A stretch of 64,000 bases of DNA from an uncultured Gemmatimonadota bacterium. Lineage in GTDB: Bacteria > JAAXHH01. Below are positions 17,062 to 26,298 of the stretch, piece by piece (position 1 is the first letter of the stretch; each line of letters starts with the position of its first letter). Position numbers and translations under genes: made by a program. The stretch is taken from positions 2,112,001 through 2,176,000 of the forward strand of contig OX638340.1 in NCBI GenBank assembly GCA_951812955.1. Reading direction: 5' to 3'. The notes beneath the pieces were generated by a model. The model was given only the letters and a program-made list of their open reading frames with translations, made no database searches and was not told where the DNA came from.

Positions 17062-19452
17062 TCAAAATGATCCACTGCCGAGTGGCATATTCACAAACGC
17101 GCAATGAAGAATGACATTGCTGTAGGAGTCAATCGTCTCGCCCGCACGGGGTGTGAAGGTACTTGTAAAACTGCGGCTGCCTGTGACGTTCCCAAAATGC
17201 CTGGCGCCAGTAGGAGCGGGACCGCTACGCCAATTGATAGAGGCACTGGTGTATAGAAACAAATGTGCAGCAATCCCGCCTCCAGTGTTCATTCCGGTTA
17301 TGGTCAGTTTGAGTCGACCGCCGGAGACTTCTTCGAAGGTCACGGACCCGGCGGTGCTCGGATAGCTGCTCGTACCGGAAATTGAAGCAGTACGGCTTCT
17401 CAACATCGGTGGAGGCGGCGGAGGCTCGGTCACCGTCAACGACGCCGTACCGGACTTGCCGTCCACCTCTGCTGTTATCGTCGTGGATCCGGCATTCCGT
17501 GCCCTGGCCAGTCCCGTGGTGCTTATGGTCGCAACCGACGTGTTGCTGCTCGTCCACGTAAAAGTCTTCCCGGTAATCTCCATGTTGTTCGAGTCATAGG
17601 CTGTCGCAGTGAATCGTTGCGTCTCGCCTTCTTCGATCGAACGGGAAGATGGAGACACGGCAACCCGGTCAACTACGGGGGGTGGAGGCGGAGGTTCCGT
17701 CACCCTTAACGTCGCTGTGCCGGATACGCCGTCGACGGTTGCCGAGATCGTCGTGGAACCTGCATCCAGGCCCCTCGCCAACCCAGTTACACTTATCGTG
17801 GCTACCGTCTCATCAGAACTTGACCACGTAAACGTCTTGCCCGTTATCTCGGAATTGTCCGACGTGTGGGCGGTGGCAGAAAACCGCCGGGTCTCACCCT
17901 CCTCGATTGACGCTGAGGAGGGACTCACTGTCACGGTTGCGACCATCGGTGGTGGTGGCGGAGGTGGTTCGGTCACTGTGAGCGTCGCCGTGCCGGATAC
18001 TCCATCAGTCGTCGCCGTGATCATCGCTTCGCCCATTCCGACACCAGTCGCCAGGCCGTTCGCGTCGACCGTCGCCACCATGTCATCCGAACTCGACCAT
18101 GTAAACTCCACGTCCGGGATTTCCATCCCGTCCGACGTCATTGCCATCGCCGCGAACTGCTGCGTCGCGCCTACCTCGATCGTCGCTTCAAGTGGACTCA
18201 CTGACACCGTCGATACCACCGGCTCGGGTGGCGGTGGTTCGGTCACTGTGAGCGTCGCCGTGCCGGATACTTCGTCAGTCGTCGCCGTGATCATCGTTTC
18301 GCCCGTTCCGACACCGGTCGCCAGGCCATTCGCGTCGACCGTCGCAACCATCTCGTCAGAACTCGACCACGTAAACTCCGCGTCCGGGATTTCCATCCCG
18401 TCCGACGTCATTGCCATCGCCGCGAACTGCTGCGTCGCGCCTTCTTCGATCGTGGCTTCCGATGGACTCACTGTCACGGTTGCTACAACTGGCTCTACTG
18501 GCTCGGGTGGAGGCGGTTCGGTCACCGTCAGTGTCGCCATGCCGGATACACTGTCCGCGGTAGCCGTGATCATCGCCTCGCCTGCTCCTACACCACTCGC
18601 CAGGCCGTTCGCGTCGACCGTCGCCACCATCTCGTCAGAACTCGACCACGTAATCTCCGCGTCCGGGATATCCATCTCGTCCGATGTCGAAGCCATCGCC
18701 GCGAACTGCTGCGTCGCGCCTACCTCGATCATCGCTTCAGGTGGACTCACCGACACAGTCGATACCACCGGATCGGGAGGCGGAAGTTCGGCTACGTTAA
18801 TGGTAACCGGCGAACTCGCTATACCGTCCGCCGTGGCGCGGACCGTTGCCGTACCCGCTGCGACTGCCGTGGCAACGCCGGCCGATGTAATGGTCACTTT
18901 GCTGGTATCGCTGCTCGCCCATGAGAAACTGACACCTTCGCGAATGGCGCCTCCAGACGTCCGGGCCGTCGCCGTGAAGGTCACCATTTCCCCAACCATC
19001 AGCTCCTGGGTCGAGGAAGGAGAGATCGTGACCCGGGCCACGGCGGCCTGGGTGACCGTGATCGTCACCGGTTCGCTCACGATGCCGTTTCCCGTCGCTC
19101 TGATGGTCGCCGTACCAACACTTACCGCGGTTGCCCGTCCACCGGCACTGATGGTTACTACGGCGGTATTACTGCTGGACCAGGTATAATTGACACCGCT
19201 TATTACGGCGCCGTCGGAAGCCTTGGCGGTCGCAGCCAACTGTTGTGTTCTGCCCACTTCCAGAGACACCATGTTCGGACTCACTTCGATGCGAGAGACC
19301 GTCGGTGCGGGGGGAGGTGTCGGCGTCGGTGTGGGTGTTGTCGGCTCGGCCGGTCTGGTCGGGGAGGAGTCCCCACCGCCGCACCCGACATTCAGCAATG
19401 CGCTTGAAACCGCTATCATGATGAGACCGGTAGCAATCGACCTGAATGACAT
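17062..19452 (-). CDS. Large surface lipoprotein with about 8 bacterial Ig-like (Big_2) domains, Pro-rich linkers and a distinct ~120-aa C-terminal domain.
   Basis: The lipoprotein-type leader ends ...ALLNVGCGGG. The module V.VSP...V..G.T.QL.A.....G..I........W.SS...VATV...G...AV..G.A.I.A...G is repeated and separated by TEPPPPEP linkers. Three central copies are nearly identical at the DNA level. Confidence 0.75.
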   Translation of the reverse strand: MSFRSIATGLIMIAVSSALLNVGCGGGDSSPTRPAEPTTPTPTPTPPPAPTVSRIEVSPNMVSLEVGRTQQLAATAKASDGAVISGVNYTWSSSNTAVVTISAGGRATAVSVGTATIRATGNGIVSEPVTITVTQAAVARVTISPSSTQELMVGEMVTFTATARTSGGAIREGVSFSWASSDTSKVTITSAGVATAVAAGTATVRATADGIASSPVTINVAELPPPDPVVSTVSVSPPEAMIEVGATQQFAAMASTSDEMDIPDAEITWSSSDEMVATVDANGLASGVGAGEAMITATADSVSGMATLTVTEPPPPEPVEPVVATVTVSPSEATIEEGATQQFAAMAMTSDGMEIPDAEFTWSSSDEMVATVDANGLATGVGTGETMITATTDEVSGTATLTVTEPPPPEPVVSTVSVSPLEATIEVGATQQFAAMAMTSDGMEIPDVEFTWSSSDDMVATVDANGLATGVGMGEAMITATTDGVSGTATLTVTEPPPPPPPMVATVTVSPSSASIEEGETRRFSATAHTSDNSEITGKTFTWSSSDETVATISVTGLARGLDAGSTTISATVDGVSGTATLRVTEPPPPPPVVDRVAVSPSSRSIEEGETQRFTATAYDSNNMEITGKTFTWTSSNTSVATISTTGLARARNAGSTTITAEVDGKSGTASLTVTEPPPPPPMLRSRTASISGTSSYPSTAGSVTFEEVSGGRLKLTITGMNTGGGIAAHLFLYTSASINWRSGPAPTGARHFGNVTGSRSFTSTFTPRAGETIDSYSNVILHCAFVNMPLGSGSF

Positions 19453-19578
19453 ACATCCTCCCGGTTTAACGATGGGCGAATCGCGTATTGTAGTTCCTCA
19501 TTGGGCAACCAAATACGTCGGAAAGTCCATCAATGGGTCATTCCACTAACTGGTCATTCCACTTGAACCCTGTGATTT

Positions 19579-22500
19579 TCACTTCCCGTTCCCGTTCCAG
19601 CGTCCTCTGCCGTTGCGTTTCCTTCCATTCATTTCCACCTGTTTCCATCCGCTTTCACCGCTGTGTACGGGAGCACCGGCCAGTCGGACGCGCTTCGCGT
19701 CGATCGATTCGCGCAGCGTTTTCAGCAACTCATCCGAGGGCCTGACGCGGAAATCACTCCCTGCCCTGACGCCGATCTCACTCTGATCTGCTGTAGACAC
19801 TTCTAGCACTACGTCGCAATTCCCCGGGTAAGTCTCCAGCACGTGTTTGATCGATACGAGGTTCTCATCCGCTACCTGTTCGTGCTCCATGGTCACCACG
19901 ACGGACCGCGCCAGCCGGTCCCGCGCATCCGTCAGTGAAATGATCTCGGAAGCGATGACCTTGTTGTCCTCTTCTTTTTTCGACAGGTGTCCATGTACGA
20001 GGACCAGCGAGTCGATCGTCACGAGTTCGCGATGCAGTGCGTACGGTTCCGAAAAGACGAGCACCTCACCCGAACCGGAGAAGTCTTCGAGCGTTACGAA
20101 GGCCATGGTCTTGCCGTTTCGATCCACGATGGGCTTGATTTCGGTCACGATACCACCGACCACGACGGTGTCCTGCCGGCCGTTTGCGTGGTCGAGGCGC
20201 CGCATTTCCGCCGTCGTAAAGGCCCGAATGTCTTCCTCGTATTCCTTCAGCGGATGCCCCGTCACATAAAATCCCAGCAGTTCCTTCTCGAGGCCCAGTT
20301 CCTGGCTTGCCGGCCAACGGGGGACGAGCGGCAGCACCGGCTTGTGTACTTCCAGATTCGCACCCGCTCCCATCCCGTCGAGGTCGAAAAGGGAGGTCTG
20401 TCCCTTCTCCCTGTCGTTCTGACGGGTCTGCGCCCCTTCAATGACCGTGTCGAGCACTTCCATGAGCTGTGCCCGGTGCCCCTCGAGGCTGTCGCAGGCG
20501 CCGGCCTGGATCAGGCTTTCGAGCACCCGCTTGTTTACCAGCCGCAGATCGATGTGCTCGCAAAGTCCGTACACATCTTCGAAGCGTCCATGTTCCTTCC
20601 TCGCCTCGACGATGGATTCCACCGCGGCCTGGCCCACGTTCTTGATCGCACAGAGCCCGAATCGGATGGAATCTCCTTCGACGACGAAGGTCTTGTCGCT
20701 TCTGTTGACATCGGGCGGCAGCACGTCGATGCCCATTTTCCTGCATTCGTTGATCAACACGACGATTTCTTCGGTATTCGACATCGTGTTGGACAGCAGT
20801 GCGGCCATGAACTGTACCGGGTAGTGCACCTTCAGGTAAGCTTCCTGGAAGGCGAGGACGGCATAGCCCGCCGAATGGCTCTTGTTGAACGCGTAACCGC
20901 CGAAGTATTCGATCAATCCAAACACTTCCTCCGCGATATCCTTCTCGATGCCGTTCTCAACCGCGCCATCGACGAAATTCCGACGTTCTTCGGCCATGAC
21001 TTCGGGCTGCTTCTTGGCCATGGCCTTCCTAAGGAAATCGGCCCGTCCCAGGGTGTAGCCCGCCATGTCGCGGGCGATCTGCATCGCCTGCTCCTGGTAG
21101 ACGATGAGCCCGAAGGTTTCCTTGAGTGCCGTCTCCATCACGGCGTGGTGATACGTAACCTTCTTGCGGCCGTGCTTCCGGTCGATGTAGTCGTCCACGA
21201 CACCGCCGTTCAGGGGTCCCGGCCTGCAGAGCGCGTTCATGGCGATCAGGTCATCGACGCCGTCCGGCCGCAGGCGACGGAGGAATTCGTGCAGCCAGCC
21301 GCTATGGAACTGGAAAATCCCGGTCGTTTCTCCCCGCCGGAACAGGTCGAGGGTCTTCGGATCATCCAGGGGGATATCATCCAGCTCGATCTCGTCGCCC
21401 GTCGTGTCTTTGATCATCGCGATGGCGTCCTGGATGACAGAAAGGTTCTGCAGTCCCAGGAAGTCCATCTTCGGCAGCCCGATGTCCTCCATGAGCTCGC
21501 CGGGATACTGGGTAACGATCGTATCCTTGTTACTGGGCTTGTACAGCGGCACGTAGTCGGTCAGTTCGCCCGGCGTGATCACGACGCCGGCCGCGTGGAC
21601 CGAGGCGTGGCGCGCAAGACCTTCGAGGGTCTTCGCGTACTGGATCAACTGGCCGTCCGTACCGCCGCCGTCGGCCATCTGGCGAAGTTCCGGGACCTGG
21701 TCTATGGCCCGGTCGAGGGTGATCTTCAATTCGGTCGGAACCAGCTTGGCCACGCGATCCACGTCGCCGTAGGACATGCCGAGGACGCGGCCCACGTCAC
21801 GGATCGCCGCCTTCGCGCCCATGGTGCCGAAGGTGATGATCTGGGCTACGCTGTTCTTGCCGTATTTCTCCACCACGTAGTTGATGACCTTGTCCCGTTC
21901 ACGGTCCGCAAGGTCGATGTCGATATCGGGCATGCTGACGCGCTCGGGATTCAGGAAGCGTTCGAAAAGCAGACCATAGCTGATGGGGTCGATATTCGTG
22001 ATGCCCAGCACGTAGGCGACCATGCATCCGAGGCCCGATCCCCTCGTCATGAGCGGGATACCCTGCTCCGCGGCAAAACGGGCGATATCTTCGACGATGA
22101 GGAAGTAGCTGGGATAGCCCATCTGGTTGATTACCCCGAGTTCGTATTCGAGGCGGGCCTTCAACTCGGGGGTGACGGTGTCGTAACGCGCCTCCATCCC
22201 GTCGAAAGACAGCTTGCGCAGGTACGCGTCCGCACTGTCATAGTCCTCCGGCAACGGGAAGTGGGGAAACTTGAAATTGCCCATTTCCATTTCAAATTCA
22301 ATGGACTCGGCGATGGATACGGTGTTTGCCAGGGCGCCGGAAACATGGCCGAACAACTGGCCCATCTCGTCCGCGTTCTTGAAGTAGAGCGAATCCGTGG
22401 CAAACCTGAGCCGCTTGGGGTCGTTCAGTTCCTTCCCGGTCTGGATGCAGACCAGTACGTCCTGGGCGGGCGCGTCGTCCCGTCTGAGGTAGTGGGCGTC

Positions 22501-23124
22501 GTTGGTCGCGACGATGGGGAGGTCGAACTCCCGGGAGAAATCGATCATCGCGTTGTTGATGGGCTTGTCGAAATCCAGTCCGTGATCCTGAATCTCCAGG
22601 TAGAAGTTGGATCCGAAGATCTCCTTGAGCTGCCGGCACTTCGTCCGCGCCTGGTCTATCTGGCCGTCCACCACCAGGTTGGCGAGCGGTCCCTTGGCGC
22701 AGGCGGACAGGGCGACCAGCCCCTCGCTGTGCTTTTCCAGCAATTCCATGTCCACGCGCGGCTTGTAGTAGAAACCCTCGAGATATCCCGCGGAGGTGAG
22801 CTTCATCAGGTTCCGGTAACCGGTCGCGTTCTGCGCTAGCACGACGAAGTGGGTCGTCTGGTCGGCGCGCTCGCCGCCCCGTACCGGACGTTTTTCCTTC
22901 CGGCTGCCCGGCGCCAGATACAACTCGCAGCCGATGATCGGCGTCAGTCCCGCGGCCGTGACGGTCTTGTAGAATTCCACGGCGCCGAACATGTTCCCAT
23001 GATCGGTCATGGCTATGGCGGGCATGCCAAAGGCTTTGGCGGTATCGGCGAGATCCTCGATTCGGCTTGCGCCGTCGAGCAGGCTGTAGTGGGTATGGTT
23101 GTGCAGATGAACGAACGAGGACAC
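19579..23124 (-). CDS. dnaE: DNA polymerase III alpha subunit
   Basis: 1181 aa. The PHP-domain N-terminus MSSFVHLHNHTHYSLLDGASRIEDL, the pol III alpha core and the OB-fold region are canonical DnaE. Confidence 0.97.
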   Translation of the reverse strand: MSSFVHLHNHTHYSLLDGASRIEDLADTAKAFGMPAIAMTDHGNMFGAVEFYKTVTAAGLTPIIGCELYLAPGSRKEKRPVRGGERADQTTHFVVLAQNATGYRNLMKLTSAGYLEGFYYKPRVDMELLEKHSEGLVALSACAKGPLANLVVDGQIDQARTKCRQLKEIFGSNFYLEIQDHGLDFDKPINNAMIDFSREFDLPIVATNDAHYLRRDDAPAQDVLVCIQTGKELNDPKRLRFATDSLYFKNADEMGQLFGHVSGALANTVSIAESIEFEMEMGNFKFPHFPLPEDYDSADAYLRKLSFDGMEARYDTVTPELKARLEYELGVINQMGYPSYFLIVEDIARFAAEQGIPLMTRGSGLGCMVAYVLGITNIDPISYGLLFERFLNPERVSMPDIDIDLADRERDKVINYVVEKYGKNSVAQIITFGTMGAKAAIRDVGRVLGMSYGDVDRVAKLVPTELKITLDRAIDQVPELRQMADGGGTDGQLIQYAKTLEGLARHASVHAAGVVITPGELTDYVPLYKPSNKDTIVTQYPGELMEDIGLPKMDFLGLQNLSVIQDAIAMIKDTTGDEIELDDIPLDDPKTLDLFRRGETTGIFQFHSGWLHEFLRRLRPDGVDDLIAMNALCRPGPLNGGVVDDYIDRKHGRKKVTYHHAVMETALKETFGLIVYQEQAMQIARDMAGYTLGRADFLRKAMAKKQPEVMAEERRNFVDGAVENGIEKDIAEEVFGLIEYFGGYAFNKSHSAGYAVLAFQEAYLKVHYPVQFMAALLSNTMSNTEEIVVLINECRKMGIDVLPPDVNRSDKTFVVEGDSIRFGLCAIKNVGQAAVESIVEARKEHGRFEDVYGLCEHIDLRLVNKRVLESLIQAGACDSLEGHRAQLMEVLDTVIEGAQTRQNDREKGQTSLFDLDGMGAGANLEVHKPVLPLVPRWPASQELGLEKELLGFYVTGHPLKEYEEDIRAFTTAEMRRLDHANGRQDTVVVGGIVTEIKPIVDRNGKTMAFVTLEDFSGSGEVLVFSEPYALHRELVTIDSLVLVHGHLSKKEEDNKVIASEIISLTDARDRLARSVVVTMEHEQVADENLVSIKHVLETYPGNCDVVLEVSTADQSEIGVRAGSDFRVRPSDELLKTLRESIDAKRVRLAGAPVHSGESGWKQVEMNGRKRNGRGRWNGNGK

Positions 23125-23377
23125 GGGGGTCGTCCTTAGGACAGTTTCAACGGGCTGCCCTTCATGAAAGGGCGGGACGCTGGCGATGAGGAAAAGACCG
23201 GCGATGTGATGCGGAACTGAATATAAAGGTTAACATAGCAAAAATAGGTTGATATGAGCCATTGGCGCAAGGTATTTTACGTTTTTTTCGGACGGCTGCG
23301 ATCACGGTCCGTACGACGTGGAAAGAAACCGGTTCAACCGGCTGTTTGACCCGCGTAACGGGATTTGGAAGATCGCT

Positions 23378-25006
23378 ATGAACCGCATCATCGTACTCGA
23401 TAAACTGGCCCGGGAAGGGCTCGACCGGCTCGAGCGGGCGGAAGGCGTAACGCACGACGTGCGCACCGGCCTCGGCGCTGAAGCCCTGCGCGAGACTTTG
23501 CTGGAATACGACGGCGCAATCTGCAGGAGCGAGGCGAAGCTCACGGCAGAGGTCCTGAGGGGCAACCGTCGACTCCGCGGCGTCGTCCGCGCGGGCGTGG
23601 GGACGGACAACATCGACCGGGATGCGGCGACCCGCCAGGGCATCGTGGTCATGAACACCCCGGCCGGGAACACGCTCAGCACGGCAGAACACACTTTTAC
23701 CCTCATCGCGGCCCTGTCGCGCAACATAGCGCCGGCGAACAGAAGTCTCATGGAAGGACGGTGGGACCGCGGCGCATTCACGGGAGTCCAGCTCGCCGGA
23801 AAGACCCTGGGCATCATCGGGATGGGACGCATCGGCCGGGAGGTCGCCGCGCGTGCGCAGGCCTTCGCCATGCGCGTCATCGGTTTCGACCCGTTCCTTT
23901 CGCCCGAACAGGCCGCCAAGTTGGGTGTGGAGTATGTAAACGACGTGCGAGACCTGCTGCCGGAGGTGGATTATCTGACCGTCCATACACCTCTCACACC
24001 GGAGACGCATCACCTGGTGAGCAACGAAGAAGTCGATCTGCTCAAACCCGGTGCGCGGCTGGTCAACTGCGCCCGCGGGGGCATTTACGACGAGGAAGCG
24101 CTGATCCGGGGTCTGGAGTCCGGGCAACTGGCCGGCGTAGCGCTGGACGTCTACGAGGAAGAACCCTGCGTGGACAGTCCGCTGTTCAACATGCCGGGCG
24201 TGCTGTGTACGCCCCATCTCGGCGCCAGCACGGAAGAGGCGCAGGCAGGCGTCGCCGTGGAAGCCGTCGACCTGCTGGTCAGTTTCCTGGTCTCGGGCGA
24301 AGTCCGCCACGCCGTGAACGCCGTCGCCATCGATTCGAACACGTTCCAGACGCTGGGCGGCTATCTCGACGTTGCCTACCGGTTGGGCATCCTGCTTTCC
24401 CAGTGGCACAGCGGAGGACCGCGCGCGTGCCGCCTTACCTACCGGGGGAAGGTGGTCGATGAGAATACGCGCCTGCTCACCTCCGCCTTCTGCGCGGGAT
24501 TGCTCGAACATGCGCTGGACGAAGAAGTCAACATCATCAACGGTGAGATGCTGCTCCGCGAACGGGGGATCCACCTGTCGGAAGAGACGCGGAGCGCGGG
24601 TGGATTTTTCACCTCGGCTATCAGTGCGGAGATAGACTGCGCCGACGAGACCTACCGGGCCGACGGTACGGTTTTCGGCAACAACATGCCCCGGTTGATC
24701 CGCCTGGGCGAACACCGCATGGAGGCGTACCTGGACGGCAACCTCCTGGTGTTCAGCCACAACGACGTGCCCGGTATCATCGGCGCCATTGGGGATACTT
24801 TCGGACGGTACAGGGTCAATATCGCCCAGATGGCCGTCGGAAGGCTGGGGAATACGCCCGGCGGCAAGGCAGTGGGCGTATTGAACCTGGACGACGTCCC
24901 GCCCCAGGCATCCATCGACGAGATCCTGCGGCATCCGGCCATCAACAACGCGCGGTTCATCCGGCTGCCTGCGCACGGGGAACTGCCTCCGTGGATGCCC
25001 GGATGA
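23378..25006 (+). CDS. serA: D-3-phosphoglycerate dehydrogenase with C-terminal ACT regulatory domain
   Basis: 2-hydroxyacid dehydrogenase NAD-binding motif GIIGMGRIGREVA, catalytic RGG...D...H residues and an ACT-like C-terminal domain. The start is trimmed to MNRIIVLDKL (ATG 23378); the track start at 23318 adds 20 unconserved residues. Confidence 0.9.
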   Translation: MNRIIVLDKLAREGLDRLERAEGVTHDVRTGLGAEALRETLLEYDGAICRSEAKLTAEVLRGNRRLRGVVRAGVGTDNIDRDAATRQGIVVMNTPAGNTLSTAEHTFTLIAALSRNIAPANRSLMEGRWDRGAFTGVQLAGKTLGIIGMGRIGREVAARAQAFAMRVIGFDPFLSPEQAAKLGVEYVNDVRDLLPEVDYLTVHTPLTPETHHLVSNEEVDLLKPGARLVNCARGGIYDEEALIRGLESGQLAGVALDVYEEEPCVDSPLFNMPGVLCTPHLGASTEEAQAGVAVEAVDLLVSFLVSGEVRHAVNAVAIDSNTFQTLGGYLDVAYRLGILLSQWHSGGPRACRLTYRGKVVDENTRLLTSAFCAGLLEHALDEEVNIINGEMLLRERGIHLSEETRSAGGFFTSAISAEIDCADETYRADGTVFGNNMPRLIRLGEHRMEAYLDGNLLVFSHNDVPGIIGAIGDTFGRYRVNIAQMAVGRLGNTPGGKAVGVLNLDDVPPQASIDEILRHPAINNARFIRLPAHGELPPWMPG

Positions 25007-25194
25007 GCCATACAGCCAGAGGAACCGAACGCGGCGCGGCCGACAGCACGTCCGGCGGCTCGGCAACCGAACGCGGTGCGGCAACCGGCGCGGCCTACAG
25101 CGGTCCGCAGCGCGGCCGGCGGAACGTTTGAAGATAAACAGCGGTTTAAGGGAATACAGAGTCTATTCAGTTTGACATGGAAAGCGTACCAGGA

Positions 25195-25310
25195 AGCGCG
25201 TACCAGGAAGCGCGTACCTACGGACCGTCGCGCTTCTGAGCAGGCCGTCGCACTTCTAAGCAGGACGTCGCACTTTCGAGCAGGCCGTCGCACTTCTGAG
25301 AATTGACGGC
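25195..25310. repeat. Intergenic tandem repeats upstream of pdxJ: a 14-bp unit (gcgcgtaccaggaa, ~2.6 copies) followed by a 20-bp unit (gtcgcacttctgagcaggcc, ~3.7 copies with point variants).
   Basis: Read directly from the sequence at 25195..25232 and 25237..25310. Confidence 0.85.
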
Positions 25311-25371
25311 GGCGACCGTACCACGTACTGAACACACGACAATCAACGGTTACGTATCGGAGCTTGCACTC

Positions 25372-26133
25372 ATGACCAAACTCAGCGTCAACGTCAACAA
25401 GGTGGCCCTGTTGCGGAACACGCGCGTGCACGGCATACCCAGCGTGACCGGTGCGGCACGGACCGCGATCGAGGCCGGGGCCTACGGCATCACCGTGCAC
25501 CCCCGGCCCGACCAGCGGCACATCACGCCCGGCGACGTGGACGACCTGGCCGAAATGCTGAAAGTTTACCCGGAGATCGAGTACAATATCGAGGGCAATC
25601 CATTTCACCAGGTCATGGACATCGTCCGCAAGGTCCGCCCCACCCAGGCGACCCTGGTTCCCGACGATCCGGACGCTTTCACATCGGATCAAGGCTGGGA
25701 TGTGACGGCCAATGCCGAAAGACTGATACCGATCATCGCGGAATTGAAAGACCTTGGCTGCCGGGTCAGCCTGTTCATGGACGCGGATCTCGATCAGATC
25801 GAGCGCGTTCCTGACATCGGCGCAGACCGGATCGAGCTGTACACCGAACCCTATGCCGTGGCCTTTGCGGAAGGACCGGAACAGATGCAACCCGTACTGT
25901 CATCCTTCGCCAGGGCGGCGGAACGCGCCCACGAGATCGGCCTGGCCGTCAACGCCGGTCACGATCTCAACCTCGACAACCTGGCGGTGTTCTGCGGAAC
26001 GGTCCCGAACGTGCTCGAAGTCTCCATCGGCCACGCGCTGGTCGCCGACGCGCTGGATATGGGGTTGAAGAACGCCGTGGGGGCCTACCTGGGCGAACTT
26101 GAGAAAGCGGAAACGATTTCCACCAGTTCGTAA
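25372..26133 (+). CDS. pdxJ: Pyridoxine 5'-phosphate synthase
   Basis: MTKLSVNVNKVALLRN...GITVHPRPDQRHI...EGNP is canonical PdxJ. The start is trimmed to ATG 25372; the track ORF starts at 25303. Confidence 0.9.
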   Translation: MTKLSVNVNKVALLRNTRVHGIPSVTGAARTAIEAGAYGITVHPRPDQRHITPGDVDDLAEMLKVYPEIEYNIEGNPFHQVMDIVRKVRPTQATLVPDDPDAFTSDQGWDVTANAERLIPIIAELKDLGCRVSLFMDADLDQIERVPDIGADRIELYTEPYAVAFAEGPEQMQPVLSSFARAAERAHEIGLAVNAGHDLNLDNLAVFCGTVPNVLEVSIGHALVADALDMGLKNAVGAYLGELEKAETISTSS

Positions 26134-26298
26134 ACACTTGAGCGATTCGAGTAACTTGAGTACTTGAGTACTTGAGTAGTTTGAGTAATAAAGTATTATG
26201 GAGTTTATTCTGAATGAGGAAGTTTGTACCGAACGAGATGTTTATACTAAACGAGTTCATCTGATTCACAAACACGATACCCCCTGGAGGTTGTTTAC

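Noticed and set aside
19987-22839. 950-aa plus-strand ORF
   Set aside because: It is the antisense frame of dnaE, with Arg/Gly/His-rich low-complexity translation and no recognisable motifs. Long spurious antisense ORFs are expected at 65% GC.
23162-25084. 640-aa minus-strand ORF
   Set aside because: Antisense to serA, which has clear dehydrogenase and ACT motifs; the translation is Arg/Ala/Gly-rich.
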